Notes: generated by a model from the letters alone, not told the origin. Shown: positions 52,201-62,084, counted from the first letter of the stretch. The stretch is 64,000 nt of DNA from Candidatus Bathyarchaeia archaeon (GCA_038870975.1 JAVZJD010000002.1:192001-256000), one strand, 5' to 3'. Numbers and translations are program-made.

Positions 52201-52858
52201 CCTTATCTATGTTTTTAGAGGCTCTCAGTAGCGAATCTACGTCGTCTACGAATATGAAGTCGAACTTCACATCCTCTAGAAGGTTGAATCTAATGCTTAG
52301 GAAGTTTAGAGTCGTTACGAGGATATCGTAGTCTCTACTCTTTATCTTCTCAAGCTGAGCGCTGGCTTCTCTACCAGTCAAGAGGGAGTGGTAGTAGGCT
52401 ATTTTAACGTTTAAACCTGTTCTTTCAGAGTACTTTAGAATCCTCTCGGAAACCTGTTTAGCTAGAAGGGCTGTAGGAACCAGTATGTAGCTTTTCCAGC
52501 CTTTCTCACCTGCTAAGAATAAGGCCATTATAGAGCCGAAGACTGTCTTCCCCATGCCTGTTGGAGCTATTAGTGCAAAGCTTCTACCTGAGAATATCCT
52601 CCTAGCCCAAACCCTCTGCGCAGCCCAGGGTTGACTACTCGTAGCTTTCTCAAAGAAACTGGTGAATTTATTCAACTGTTCATTTATGTATGTGAGTTCA
52701 AGATAGCTTCTACTTGGTTTAACAATTAAAGTCTGTAAGCTTGAGCTTGTTACATGTTCAACTGGAAGACACTGTCTACAGGGTAGGCCTGCAAATGCTC
52801 TGTCATCTTCAATATCTCCACTGCAGTTTGGGCATAGGTTTTTGAAAATAGCTCTCAT
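49229..52858 (-). CDS. rgy: Reverse gyrase
   Basis: N-terminal Zn finger, APTGMGKT, DDVD, QASGRTSR, ESPNKA toprim, second Zn finger, SAGRVQTP, ITYHRTD, GIGRPSTY. Confidence 0.97.
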   Translation of the reverse strand: MRAIFKNLCPNCSGDIEDDRAFAGLPCRQCLPVEHVTSSSLQTLIVKPSRSYLELTYINEQLNKFTSFFEKATSSQPWAAQRVWARRIFSGRSFALIAPTGMGKTVFGSIMALFLAGEKGWKSYILVPTALLAKQVSERILKYSERTGLNVKIAYYHSLLTGREASAQLEKIKSRDYDILVTTLNFLSIRFNLLEDVKFDFIFVDDVDSLLRASKNIDKVLILLGFNQEDLKNASSLIDLRRELGRKLRRRSFSEASELYDEISKLMNSLEAKRRNVGVLVVSGASIRARRTRHVLLFGELLGFEISSRMDVGRNVADLYVESKNLEEDAYKLIEKLGSGGLIYIPMNLGAEYADKLKNFLTERGVKAESLTRVRKRVLEKFSEGVYDVLIGVASYRSPLVRGIDLPYRVRYALFVGVPKMHIDLDVKQKFRVSKAIILLANIMEFLPEREQAEALRLLNELRVASRIIPLQLQESITKAIAKGEPLPPIPERARITIEECLEFLSDALSRGEVLKALEESPYIGLEKEDGVFYLVVPDPVAYIQASGRTSRMYAGGVSKGLSIVLVDNHKAFNGLMRETRWFIEDINWRNLSDVSLDDILKSVDEDRKAIKDLMDGRVKAEFKDLVKAALFIVESPNKARTIARLFGRPSKRRIGNLTAFEVNTGDYILAIAATGGHIMDLTIEDLGLYGVLDVEGLYVPVYSTIKRCFKCGYTFVSSSKVCPSCGSTNIYDKSSVVDSLRNLAKEVDLVILGTDADAEGEKIAWDLHVAIKPFTGMVKRAEFHEVTRRALREALKNLRDINLNLVEAQITRRIEDRWIGFELSQKLWKAFGSRRLSAGRVQTPVLGWIISRMYESKRSVKEFFELKLENGLKIVVSENRMHRKELRHYIEELKNAKAEVTGLKTEVIEVNPPPPFTTDSMLREASASLGLGATEAMALAQDLFELGLITYHRTDSHRVSQVGIEIARDYITSRFGSDFVTPRVWYAEGAHECIRPTRSLDAARIRELVTLGLMRLAKRLTNKHFSLYELIFRRFIASQMKPVKVEKQSFKVRILNREFELEGYSSIIENGFNLVRPIRTIPPIKEGFLGIANVRHWRAPSVPLYTQGDVIALMKERGIGRPSTYAKIVETLFERGYVLASKNRKSLIPTRMGVKIFNYLNERFQPFISEETTRKLEEAMWLIENGKLNYQDVVKTLRIEIDGIRSMP

Positions 52859-52915
52859 CGCTTTTCTAGGATATTTTCACATACGGATGCTCATAAAAGT
52901 TTACATTAAAATTGA

Positions 52916-53719
52916 TTAAAATGTGACTGTTATGAGGCTTAGCCATAGTGCTGCAACCGCTATTATTGAAGATAGCCATATGCTTTTACTCCACCTGAAC
53001 ACTTTAGCTCCATCCATAGGGTCTATGGGTATTAAGTTGAATAGAGCGAGGCTTAGGTTTAAACTGGCTAGTACGAAGAATGCTACGGCAGTTAAAGGGC
53101 TGTTAGCGTAGAATTTAAGTAAAGCCACGTAGAGTATTGCCTGGATAATGTTGGTTAATGGTCCTGCAAAGGCTATCTTGCCGACATCGTTCTTGCTAAT
53201 ATATAGTCCTACGACTCTAACGGCGCCTGGGGCTATGATTTTAAAGGGAAGAATTACGGACAGAAGTGTCAACATTAAGCCTGGTATACTTAGTCTAAAT
53301 TCAGCCCAGTAGCCCATCCTCTGCGCCACGATTTTATGGGCGAATTCATGCACTAGGAAGGATAGGATCATTCCTAAGACTGTTACAGTTAGTATTCCAA
53401 GGTTTAGCAGGAGGAATGGAATGTTGTTAATCAGCATGGAGAACCCTATGAAGATGAAGACGGATAGTGCAATCGCTAGGTGTTTAATCTCTTTTAGGCT
53501 TGTCATTTGGAGGATACTTCCGGCTTTAAACCCAGCCATATCTACGTGTGTAAGCGACCTTCTAGAGGCTTCTGGAGCTAATCTAGGCATGTATGTTCTG
53601 AAGGTTAAATCGCAATGGTGATTTTCCGGAAGTCTATGGTCGTAGCAGAATCGTTTTCCACAATAGGAGCATTTAAAAGGTATGGCGACTTCTTCTCCAC
53701 ATTGTTGACATTTAACCAT
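52916..53719 (-). CDS. AN1 zinc finger fused to site-2 (M50) membrane protease
   Basis: CQQC..CSYC..C..H..H.C; HEFAH, AGP, FNLIP..PMDG. Confidence 0.88.
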   Translation of the reverse strand: MVKCQQCGEEVAIPFKCSYCGKRFCYDHRLPENHHCDLTFRTYMPRLAPEASRRSLTHVDMAGFKAGSILQMTSLKEIKHLAIALSVFIFIGFSMLINNIPFLLLNLGILTVTVLGMILSFLVHEFAHKIVAQRMGYWAEFRLSIPGLMLTLLSVILPFKIIAPGAVRVVGLYISKNDVGKIAFAGPLTNIIQAILYVALLKFYANSPLTAVAFFVLASLNLSLALFNLIPIDPMDGAKVFRWSKSIWLSSIIAVAALWLSLITVTF

Positions 53720-53843
53720 TCGTAAAGCACCGTCTTCAATAGTGGAAGAATATTGTTAAAAACTTATCTAAACCCCTTTGAATCCCAACGCGCAGCGGTT
53801 TAAACGGCTATACGGTATAAGCTTATTTAACTGTATAGTATAG

Positions 53844-54230
53844 GTGAAGCCTAGAATGACCGGTGGAGAAGATTTCAGGTATACACAGAATATCGTAATT
53901 CGAACTGACATCCGTATGAGCTGTGGTAAGATGTGTGCACAGGCGGCTCACGCTGCTGTTGCAGCTTGTGAAGAATCTAGGAGAAGCCGTTCTGAGTGGC
54001 TTAGAGAGTGGCTTAGAGAGGGCCAGAGGAAGGTTGTTTTAAAAACGAATTCTCTCGATGAGCTCATCAGTTTAAAGAGGGAGGCTGATAGGTTGAATAT
54101 ACCGAATGCTTTAATTGAAGATAGAGGTTTAACGGAGCTCCCGCCTGGAACAGTAACCTGTCTAGCCATAGGTCCCGCTCCAAGGGAGCTTGTAGATAAG
54201 ATCACCGGAAAGCTTAAACTGATGGATTAA
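53844..54230 (+). CDS. pth2: Peptidyl-tRNA hydrolase Pth2
   Basis: GKMCAQAAHA, GQRKVVL, DRGLTE, IGP. Confidence 0.95.
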   Translation: MKPRMTGGEDFRYTQNIVIRTDIRMSCGKMCAQAAHAAVAACEESRRSRSEWLREWLREGQRKVVLKTNSLDELISLKREADRLNIPNALIEDRGLTELPPGTVTCLAIGPAPRELVDKITGKLKLMD

Positions 54231-54256
54231 CGATTCTATTAGTGTTTTACTTTTTT

Positions 54257-54340
54257 AAGCATGGAATTTACATAGCTGATACCATACAGCTAACATCAGT
54301 CGGAAAATTTGACGCTTTCCTCACATACGATAGTAAGCTG
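54257..54340 (+). pseudogene. VapC/PIN C-terminal relic
   Basis: KHGIYIADTIQLTSVGKFDAFLTYDSKL. Confidence 0.6.
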
Positions 54341-54411
54341 ACTTTTAGGGCATTCCTAAGCTATACATAGTAATAGATGGAAAATTGAAGGATGAAGTGG
54401 ATATGCGATCT

Positions 54412-54543
54412 GAGGCGGGGATAATTCCAAAAGACTTCGCGGAAATAATCGCTTCAATGATAGGCTTTAGAAAACTGCTAGTTCGCGATTACGCATCGAT
54501 AGACCTTAATATGGTTTACGAATTCCTCCAGACAAAGCTTTGA
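54412..54543 (+). pseudogene. DUF86 HEPN relic with degenerate active site
   Basis: AGIIPKDFAEIIASMIGFRKLLVRDYASIDLNMVYE (RNxLVH degenerated to RKLLVR). Confidence 0.7.
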
Positions 54544-54829
54544 AACATTCATAAAACACATTTTTCAAATGGTTTAAAAGACTAAAATGCAAACCGATAA
54601 TAAGCAACGTGAAAGTCAAGGAATACATTCAGCCCTGTGGCTAAAGCATAAAGTTCCTGGGTGAAAATGATGCTTTTATAAAGTCTTGATATCCATCATG
54701 ACGACCATAAAGCTAAACCTTGCTCAAACAGTAAAAATCCTAACAGCGAAATCATGAAAGGTCCAAACCTTAAAGCATCAATAATGAACAGCGTAAAACT
54801 AACAACAAAGAACTGAAACAGAACATCTC

Positions 54830-55225
54830 CTCTGATCGCCCATTTTAATTACTTCGGCTTGACACAGGTCTCCAAGCATTCTAACGGCGTTGTGGATTTC
54901 CATATCGCCTTTAAGAACCTTCCTCCAAAGCGCGTTTGTACCCTCCTTTACAGAAGTAGGCTTAAACATCCTTTAAAATAAGCTCTCTGACAGTCTCCCA
55001 ACCATATTCTCTAAGGAGAACTTTACTGGGGAAGAAGAGTCAATGAGTTTCACGGTCCTCCCTCATGCTTCTAATAGAGAGACCTTTTTCACTTAATTTC
55101 ACCTGGCTTAAAATCTCATCCCATTCTTTAAGCTTCTCCCTTTATCCTAATCCTCTAAGCAAGCTCCTCTAAGTATTTTCTAACATCCCCAGGTATGTTT
55201 ATATCCACTTTCTCAAGCTCAAGGT
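54830..55225 (-). pseudogene. Decayed VapB-VapC pair
   Basis: Antitoxin-like ELEKVDINIPGDVRKYLEELA...SMREDRETH with stops; overlapping GTG at 55053 gives MKLIDSS...KEGTNALWRK, frameshifted. Confidence 0.65.
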
Positions 55226-55304
55226 AATTCTGAAAGAAAAGACAAATCGAATACAGTTGCATTTAAGCTACCACTCGATATGACTGAAGATTATCTATGG
55301 GATA

Positions 55305-57113
55305 TTACGCTGGAAAGTTTAAGTTCCCTAGGAAAGTTTTCGTAAAGTCGGGTTTAATGTAAAATTCTACAAACTTTATACGTTTAGCTAAATCTTCAGC
55401 TTTAACCCTCTCTTCGTAGGATATTAGGCACATTTTCGCACCCATACCAGCTGTATTCCCTACGCTTTTAACCCTGCTTAAGTCTATATTGGGAAGTAAG
55501 CCTATCCTAATAGCGCTTCTGGGATTTATATAGGAGCCGAAGGACCCAGCTAGGTATATCCTAGATAGTTTTTCAACACTAACCCCTGCATCACGCAGGA
55601 GTAGAGTTAAACCCGTAGCTATGGCAGACTTCGCCAATTGAATCTCCCTAACATCTCTCTGAGTTATCGTTATGGCATATCCATTACCGCTTTCTTCAGA
55701 ACTGGCTACTACAAACTCGTAATCTCCATCTGATTTTATGAAGAGATTTGGAGCTTTTGAAACGTTGAATCTACCGTTCCTACTCAGTAGGCCGGTGTCT
55801 AAAAGCGATGCTAAAGCATCTACAACACCTGAACCGCATATCCCTATGGGCTTCACACCACCTATTACACTATACTTTACGGCTTCAGAATCAATGTAAA
55901 CCGTCTCTATGGCTCCTAAGCCAGCCCTCATACCGTGCTTTATACGGGCCCCCTCGAAGGCAGGTCCAGAAGCACAACTACATGCGTAAAGGTCTCTACC
56001 GTCGTTCAAGATTATCTCCGTGTTCGTCCCAATGTCTACAACTGCACACGGCTCACTAGACTCGTATATTCTAGTTGCAAGAACATCTGCAACAGCATCA
56101 GCTCCCACGAATCCAGCTACAACTGGTGGAAGGTATAAGTTTCCAGACTCGTTTACGTTTAAACCTATTTCAGATGCTTTTATGTTTATAGAACTCCCTA
56201 TGACTGGTGTAAAAGGAGCCAGTCCAAGGGTTTTAGGAGGTATTCCGAGGAGTATGTGATGCATGGCCGTATTTCCAACGGCTACAATCTCGTATATGTC
56301 TTGAGGCGAGATGTTAACAGCTTTACAGACAGCCTCCGTCAACTGGTTAATACCTTCAACAACAGCCCTCTGCAGTTGAGCCGTCCTCCCGTAGTCTGAA
56401 GCGTAGGTTATCCTAGAGATAATATCTTCTCCAAAACTTATCTGAGGGTTCAACATGGATTTAACAGCCTCCGTTTCACCGGTTTTCAAATTTACAAGGT
56501 ATGCTACAAGTTTGGTAGTCCCGATGTCTAAGGCAAGACCATAAACCCCCTTAACACCACCAACGGGTAGAGCATCTAGTACGCCGACGTCTCTATGGTA
56601 TAACACTCTAATACTCCACCCACTTTCCCTTAAAACAGATGGAAGCTTTCTTAGAACTTTAACTGGCGGAGCAGTGTACGATTCGGCTTTTAAAGCCTCT
56701 AAAACCCTATCCCAGTCCGATTTAAGGTCTGAGAGAGAGGGCTTTCTAACCTCAACTACAGCCTCTTTAACCGCTGGATTAACTACTACAGGCGATTCTA
56801 AACCTTCAATAGCAACCTTATGGAAATGCACAATATTCTCCACTGGAATTTCCACTTCAACATCTTCCAAGGTCTTCGTTTGACAGGCGAGTCTAAAACC
56901 ACTTGAAAGCTTTTCACTGAGTAGTTTAAGCTCCTGCTCAGATGGGGGTGAAGTCTTACCTCTAACCACTCTTATGACGCATTTACCGCACGTACCTAAA
57001 CCTCCGCATATACTTTGAAGCATTATGCCACTCCTTCTGAGAGAGTCTAGAATAGTTTCATCTTCCTCAGTCTGTATTCTCAGTCCGATGGGTTGAACTA
57101 TAAGCCTAGGCAA
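55305..57113 (-). CDS. ASKHA-type reductive activator of corrinoid proteins (RACo/RamA-like) with N-terminal 2Fe-2S domain
   Basis: CGGLGTCGKC..RLACQ, DIGTT, GNTAM, DIGTN, GPAFEG, GICGSG, LAGSFG. Confidence 0.92.
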   Translation of the reverse strand: MPRLIVQPIGLRIQTEEDETILDSLRRSGIMLQSICGGLGTCGKCVIRVVRGKTSPPSEQELKLLSEKLSSGFRLACQTKTLEDVEVEIPVENIVHFHKVAIEGLESPVVVNPAVKEAVVEVRKPSLSDLKSDWDRVLEALKAESYTAPPVKVLRKLPSVLRESGWSIRVLYHRDVGVLDALPVGGVKGVYGLALDIGTTKLVAYLVNLKTGETEAVKSMLNPQISFGEDIISRITYASDYGRTAQLQRAVVEGINQLTEAVCKAVNISPQDIYEIVAVGNTAMHHILLGIPPKTLGLAPFTPVIGSSINIKASEIGLNVNESGNLYLPPVVAGFVGADAVADVLATRIYESSEPCAVVDIGTNTEIILNDGRDLYACSCASGPAFEGARIKHGMRAGLGAIETVYIDSEAVKYSVIGGVKPIGICGSGVVDALASLLDTGLLSRNGRFNVSKAPNLFIKSDGDYEFVVASSEESGNGYAITITQRDVREIQLAKSAIATGLTLLLRDAGVSVEKLSRIYLAGSFGSYINPRSAIRIGLLPNIDLSRVKSVGNTAGMGAKMCLISYEERVKAEDLAKRIKFVEFYIKPDFTKTFLGNLNFPA

Positions 57114-57115
57114 TT

Positions 57116-58039
57116 TTACACCTCCCTATCTTCAACGAGAGCCGCAGCTAAAACAGGCAAAGCTACTGTGAAATCACACGGGACAGCAACCCTATAAGAC
57201 TCTGGTTTAACCTTACCCCAGCTTATAGCTTCATCGGGGGTTGCGCCGGATAAACCTCCATACTCAGGTCTATCTGTAGATACGTTGACGACATACGTGA
57301 GAGGCTTCCCAGCAGTCATAACTGCTTGATTAAGGTAGTTCTTCGGAACACCTCCACCCAGTACGAGAGCTCCAGTCCTCTCAAACCCCCATATCAAATC
57401 GAGCAATTCCACTTGGTCTCTGAAGAGGTCTACCTTAAACTCAGAGCTACGGCTATACAAACTGATGTGTAAACCTAGAATACTGTCATTCAACGTTGGA
57501 CAGAAAACTGGTATGTTCATAGCGCTACACACCTTGAGAATAGACCTTTCGTCTGAAATACACCTGCCAAGCAGACTTAAAAACTCCCTACTACTCATAA
57601 TCCTCCTTGGAAGAGTTTCCAGAATATCCTTAAGCTTTCCCTCTAACAGGAGAAAACTCTCAGTTTTAACATATACGTCGTATATACGACTTAAACCCAT
57701 CCTTGCAAGCTCCCCATCGTCAACATAGACACTCCCTTTAAAATGCCTCTCACCAAAAGCCTCAAGAAGATCATGTGTTAAATTAGCACCCGTAGAAATC
57801 ACAGCGTCGAACAACCCAGCTCTAATCATTGTAGATATCGTAAGCCTTAAACCTCCGGGAACAGCCGCCCCGGCGATCGTAAGAAACTTAAGACAACCAC
57901 GATCCTTCGACATCAGACTAAGTATCTGATATGCCTCATAGAGCCTTCTAGCTGTGAATGAGCCGTTTCCAAACTCTTTTAGAAGCATTGAAACAGTCAT
58001 TTTTGGTTTAATCTTTATATGCTCAATAGGATTCAACAT
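57116..58039 (-). CDS. dys: Deoxyhypusine synthase
   Basis: TGANLTHD, GGGVPKN, GGLSGA, EAISWGK; start taken at ATG 58039. Confidence 0.9.
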   Translation of the reverse strand: MLNPIEHIKIKPKMTVSMLLKEFGNGSFTARRLYEAYQILSLMSKDRGCLKFLTIAGAAVPGGLRLTISTMIRAGLFDAVISTGANLTHDLLEAFGERHFKGSVYVDDGELARMGLSRIYDVYVKTESFLLLEGKLKDILETLPRRIMSSREFLSLLGRCISDERSILKVCSAMNIPVFCPTLNDSILGLHISLYSRSSEFKVDLFRDQVELLDLIWGFERTGALVLGGGVPKNYLNQAVMTAGKPLTYVVNVSTDRPEYGGLSGATPDEAISWGKVKPESYRVAVPCDFTVALPVLAAALVEDREV

Positions 58040-58102
58040 GCTCTTTCCTGATAGAAAGAGTGGAGACAACGGATAAACTTATCTAAAGGAAGAACGTAGT
58101 AC

Positions 58103-58354
58103 TTGCCTAGGTCTCTGTTGAGCGGGGAGAAGTATAGGGTTGAAGTCAAACCCATTAGGAAGCCTATGAAAGTCAACTCAGATGTTCTTGAGGACGTGAA
58201 AGGCCTAAGCCCCAAACTCCTAGGGAGGATGAAGAAGGAAGCCGTAGAATGCCCCGTTAAGAAAACAACAATATCCTTCATAGAATGCTTTACGTGCAAC
58301 AACTTCATCACAAGAGTGAAGGGGATGGTTTACTGCAAAGGTGAACTACTTTGA
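58103..58354 (+). CDS. Small Cys-rich hypothetical protein
   Basis: ECP...ECFTC...YC, putative metal binding. Confidence 0.65.
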   Translation: MPRSLLSGEKYRVEVKPIRKPMKVNSDVLEDVKGLSPKLLGRMKKEAVECPVKKTTISFIECFTCNNFITRVKGMVYCKGELL

Positions 58355-58593
58355 AAATAGAGGCTAGACACATATTCCTAACCATAAATTTAATTTTATT
58401 CACTGTACTCCTTTACTACCTATGGTTTATAGCCCTTCCGCAGTATACCTACACATACTACTACGACGCTATTAGAAACACCATAATCTTAGTATCCATC
58501 CTACTCATAGTAGCCATGTTCCTATCCTCAATGTTCATACTTAAAGCAGGTAGAGAAGAGGAGCGGGAAGAAGTAGATATTGGGAAATACTAA
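58351..58593 (+). CDS. Small 2-TM membrane protein
   Basis: Two hydrophobic helices and an acidic tail; 4-nt overlap with the previous ORF. Confidence 0.6.
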   Translation: MKIEARHIFLTINLILFTVLLYYLWFIALPQYTYTYYYDAIRNTIILVSILLIVAMFLSSMFILKAGREEEREEVDIGKY

Positions 58594-58604
58594 ACCCCCA
58601 GAAG

Positions 58605-60455
58605 CTAAACTTCTTCGGCAACGTCTTCCAAACCGAGTTGTAAAAGCTTCTCCTTACTTGGCACGCCATTTTCATCCCACCCCCTAAGCTCATAGTACTT
58701 CGATAGCATCTTTTCTAGTTCAACCACCTGACCCATAGCACCACCACTTTTAAGAGGCTCTTTAAGAAACCTATCCGGAAGATTATCATCTCTAGCCCTA
58801 ACACCCCTTTTAACATCTATCATTCGCTTGAGATTGTATATTCTCTCACCAGTCTCAATAAGCTCTCTAACCGTAATACGGCGACCAGTAACCATAGATA
58901 AAATCGCCGCCACGGCAGCGGGAGGAATAAACGCGAATTTACACAGAATAAGGGAATCTAAAACATCATGCCAATCCTGCATAATCTTAACAACCCTAGG
59001 CTTAGTCTCTAAATCGAAACGGTAAACCCTCTCATGTATACCTATGTCAGGTATACGCTCACCCTGCTCTACTATAAATACCTCACCCCTCAAATGACAT
59101 GCTCCTCTATGGGAAGTAGCATACTGAAGACCCATGCCTTTAAAAGCCCTAGGATCATGCATAGGGATCTCCAGCCCTTTAACATGCATAGCTATCCTTT
59201 TAGCTTCCTCTCCCATCGCCTCAGACATTCTTCTAACGCCTTCAGCCAGAAAGGCTCCAATACCATCACGGAGGGCTATTTTCTCTATGAGCTTTAGGAT
59301 TAAATCTGGGTCTCCCCATCCTATCTTTAAACCGTCAACCTCTCTCGATATTAAACCCCTATCGCAACATTCCATAAGGAATGCTATTGAAACGCCAGTT
59401 GTTATAGTATCTATACCATATCTATTGCACAACTCATTGGCTTTAACTATGGCTTCAATATTGTCGTTCAAGCATAGAGCTCCAAGTGATGCTACTGTCT
59501 CATACTCAGGACCCATACCCTCCTCCGTCCTATAAGGACTATTTCTCACTTCCACTATCCTACCACACGCTATGGGGCATCTGAAGCAAGCCCAATTCCT
59601 CTTTAAAACACTCTTAGCTATAGCTTCTCCAGAAATTTTCTCTATCCCACTCCAAACCCCTTCTGTAAAGTGCTTTATGGGAACATCACCGTACTCATAC
59701 ATCATACTCATAATTCCATTAGTACCGTAAGATGAGTAGATCTGAACGGTGGGGTGGCTTCTAATAGTCACGTAGAGCTTTTTCACGTATGATGCAAGCC
59801 TATCTTCTTCAGCCGCTGGGATCGATTTAACCGAGCCTTTAACGGCTATGGCTTTAAGGTTTTTCGAACCCATAACGGCTCCAAGCCCACATCTACCAGC
59901 GGCTCTACCTCTATCGTTTATAATGTTTGCATACCTGACGAAGTTTTCACCAGCTGGTCCGATTGAAGCCACTTTAACATCTTGACCCAATTCTTTCTTC
60001 AAAGCATCTTCACAGCTGTAAGTATCTAAGCCCCATAGGTGTCCACCATCTCTTATCTCACAACCAGACTCATGCACCCAGAGGTAAACAGGCTTCTTAG
60101 ATCTACCTTCCACGATTATCCCATCAAAGCCTGCGAATTTAAGCTCTGGTCCCCAATACCCAGCTGAATGAGATTCAGCCCATATTCCTGTTAAAGGTGA
60201 TAGAGCGCAGACAGTATATCTACCGGCTGAAGGAGTTATCGTACCCGTTAAAGGCCCGGTCATGAAAACCAGTTTATTAGACGGGTCTAAAGCGTCTATA
60301 TTCATCGGCGTCTCTCTATAGATTATCCAAGCGGCGTAACCGCTTCCACCTATGAACCTCTCCGCCGCTTTTTCATTCAAAGGCTCTATGGATGTCAACC
60401 CGTTGTTTAAATTCACCCTAAGTATCCGACCCATATATCCTCCTTTAAACGACAT
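58605..60455 (-). CDS. aor: Aldehyde:ferredoxin oxidoreductase family (tungstoenzyme)
   Basis: SPLTG, AGRCGLGAVMGSKNLKA, CFRCPIAC, EYE, DPR, RGACH. Confidence 0.93.
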   Translation of the reverse strand: MSFKGGYMGRILRVNLNNGLTSIEPLNEKAAERFIGGSGYAAWIIYRETPMNIDALDPSNKLVFMTGPLTGTITPSAGRYTVCALSPLTGIWAESHSAGYWGPELKFAGFDGIIVEGRSKKPVYLWVHESGCEIRDGGHLWGLDTYSCEDALKKELGQDVKVASIGPAGENFVRYANIINDRGRAAGRCGLGAVMGSKNLKAIAVKGSVKSIPAAEEDRLASYVKKLYVTIRSHPTVQIYSSYGTNGIMSMMYEYGDVPIKHFTEGVWSGIEKISGEAIAKSVLKRNWACFRCPIACGRIVEVRNSPYRTEEGMGPEYETVASLGALCLNDNIEAIVKANELCNRYGIDTITTGVSIAFLMECCDRGLISREVDGLKIGWGDPDLILKLIEKIALRDGIGAFLAEGVRRMSEAMGEEAKRIAMHVKGLEIPMHDPRAFKGMGLQYATSHRGACHLRGEVFIVEQGERIPDIGIHERVYRFDLETKPRVVKIMQDWHDVLDSLILCKFAFIPPAAVAAILSMVTGRRITVRELIETGERIYNLKRMIDVKRGVRARDDNLPDRFLKEPLKSGGAMGQVVELEKMLSKYYELRGWDENGVPSKEKLLQLGLEDVAEEV

Positions 60456-60529
60456 AGCAGAACAAAGTACACGGCACTTAACGATAAATTTTTTACCTGA
60501 ATAGTTGAACTCGAATATGAGGCGATTCT

Positions 60530-61897
60530 TTGGTTAAAATAGCTGTTATAGGTGCGGGAAGCATAGCGTGGTCTACGACTCTAATTCGGGATTTATGCGT
60601 CACTCCAAGCCTATGGAAGAGCAAGATTTCACTGATGGATATAAACGAAGAACGTTTAAACCTGTGCTACAGTGCCGCTAGAAGATACGCATCTGAAGTT
60701 AAAGCGGATTTAGATTTTGAGAAGACTACGGATAGAAGAGAAGCCATTAGAGAGGCAGACTTCGTAATAAACACTGCAATGGCTGGAGGGCATCAATACT
60801 ATGAGAAAATGCGGGAAATATCTGAGAAACATGGCTACTACAGGGGTATAAACAGCGTAGAGTGGAATATGGTTTCAGACTACCATACGATTTGGGGATA
60901 CTATCAGCTCAAGCTAATGATGGACATAGGTAGAGACATGGAAGAACTATGCCCAGATGCATGGCTCCTTCTACTTGCAAATCCCGTTTTTGAAGGCACG
61001 ACGCTTCTCTCAAGAGAGACGAAGCTGAAGGTTATCGGTCTCTGTCACGGGCATTTGGGATACAAAGAAATGGTTGGAATAATGGGGCTCGACTTGAATA
61101 AAGTTGAAGTCGAATCTGTAGGCCTTAATCACGTAATCTGGATGATAAAGTTCCTTTACGATGGAGATGATGGATACCCACTTTTAGACGAGTGGATTGA
61201 GAAGAAGGCGGAAGATTACTGGAAAAAATGGAGACGTACTCAGAAAAACCCCTTTGACTTACAGATGTCCCCTGCAGCTGTAGACATGTATAAAAGGTAT
61301 GGATTGTATCCAATAGGAGACTCTGTGAGAGGAGGCACGTGGAGATATCACTGGAATCTAGAAACTAAGAAGAAGTGGTTTGGGCCGACAGGAGGACCAG
61401 ACTCTGAAAAAGGTTGGGCAATATACTTAGAGTGGCAAAGAAGGGGTATTGAAAATATAGCTAAACACATTAACGACCAATCAACACCCTTGACTAAAGT
61501 ATTCCCCCCGCGTAGAAGTGAAGAGTCTGTCGTACCTATAATAGAGTCCATCATTACAGGTTGTAGAGGATACTACCAAGTCAATATTTTAAACAAGGGA
61601 ATGCTAAAAGGAATCCCAGACGATGTAGCTGTAGAAGTACCGATCGAAGTTGATGGAAAAGGTGTTCATAGAACATACTCGGGAGAACTACCCAAACGCA
61701 TAATGAGACATGTAATGAACCTAAGAATAACTAGAATGGAGTGGGCTCTCGAAGCCTTCTTGGAAGGAGGTAGGGACCTTCTATTCGAATGGCTGATAGT
61801 CGATCCAAGGACGAAGTCGAACGAGCAAATTGAAGAGACGATTAAAGACATTCTCTCACTACCGGAGAACGCGGAGATGGCTAAGCACTTTAAGTAG
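60530..61897 (+). CDS. GH4 NAD-dependent alpha-glycosidase (Thermotoga AglA/Agu4B-like)
   Basis: IGAGS, GYYRGI, ANP, GLCHG, GLNH, PIGD. Confidence 0.9.
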   Translation: MVKIAVIGAGSIAWSTTLIRDLCVTPSLWKSKISLMDINEERLNLCYSAARRYASEVKADLDFEKTTDRREAIREADFVINTAMAGGHQYYEKMREISEKHGYYRGINSVEWNMVSDYHTIWGYYQLKLMMDIGRDMEELCPDAWLLLLANPVFEGTTLLSRETKLKVIGLCHGHLGYKEMVGIMGLDLNKVEVESVGLNHVIWMIKFLYDGDDGYPLLDEWIEKKAEDYWKKWRRTQKNPFDLQMSPAAVDMYKRYGLYPIGDSVRGGTWRYHWNLETKKKWFGPTGGPDSEKGWAIYLEWQRRGIENIAKHINDQSTPLTKVFPPRRSEESVVPIIESIITGCRGYYQVNILNKGMLKGIPDDVAVEVPIEVDGKGVHRTYSGELPKRIMRHVMNLRITRMEWALEAFLEGGRDLLFEWLIVDPRTKSNEQIEETIKDILSLPENAEMAKHFK

Positions 61898-61954
61898 TAT
61901 ACGCATCTACCATTTTTTAAATATGCATATGAGTATTATTTAGAAAGAGTTTAT

Positions 61955-61969
61955 AGAAAAATTTATAAG
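61955..61969 (+). promoter_or_regulatory. BRE-TATA upstream of lysC-asd
   Basis: AGAAAAA-TTTATAAG. Confidence 0.5.
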
Positions 61970-62084
61970 TAAACCCCTGTCATAGGTTTTCGAATGCACC
62001 AGTCCATTAGAGAAAACAATATCAGTTATTTCAAGGGATTTTATATTACTACTAGTTATAGCTTTTAACTCTTAACATCCAATC

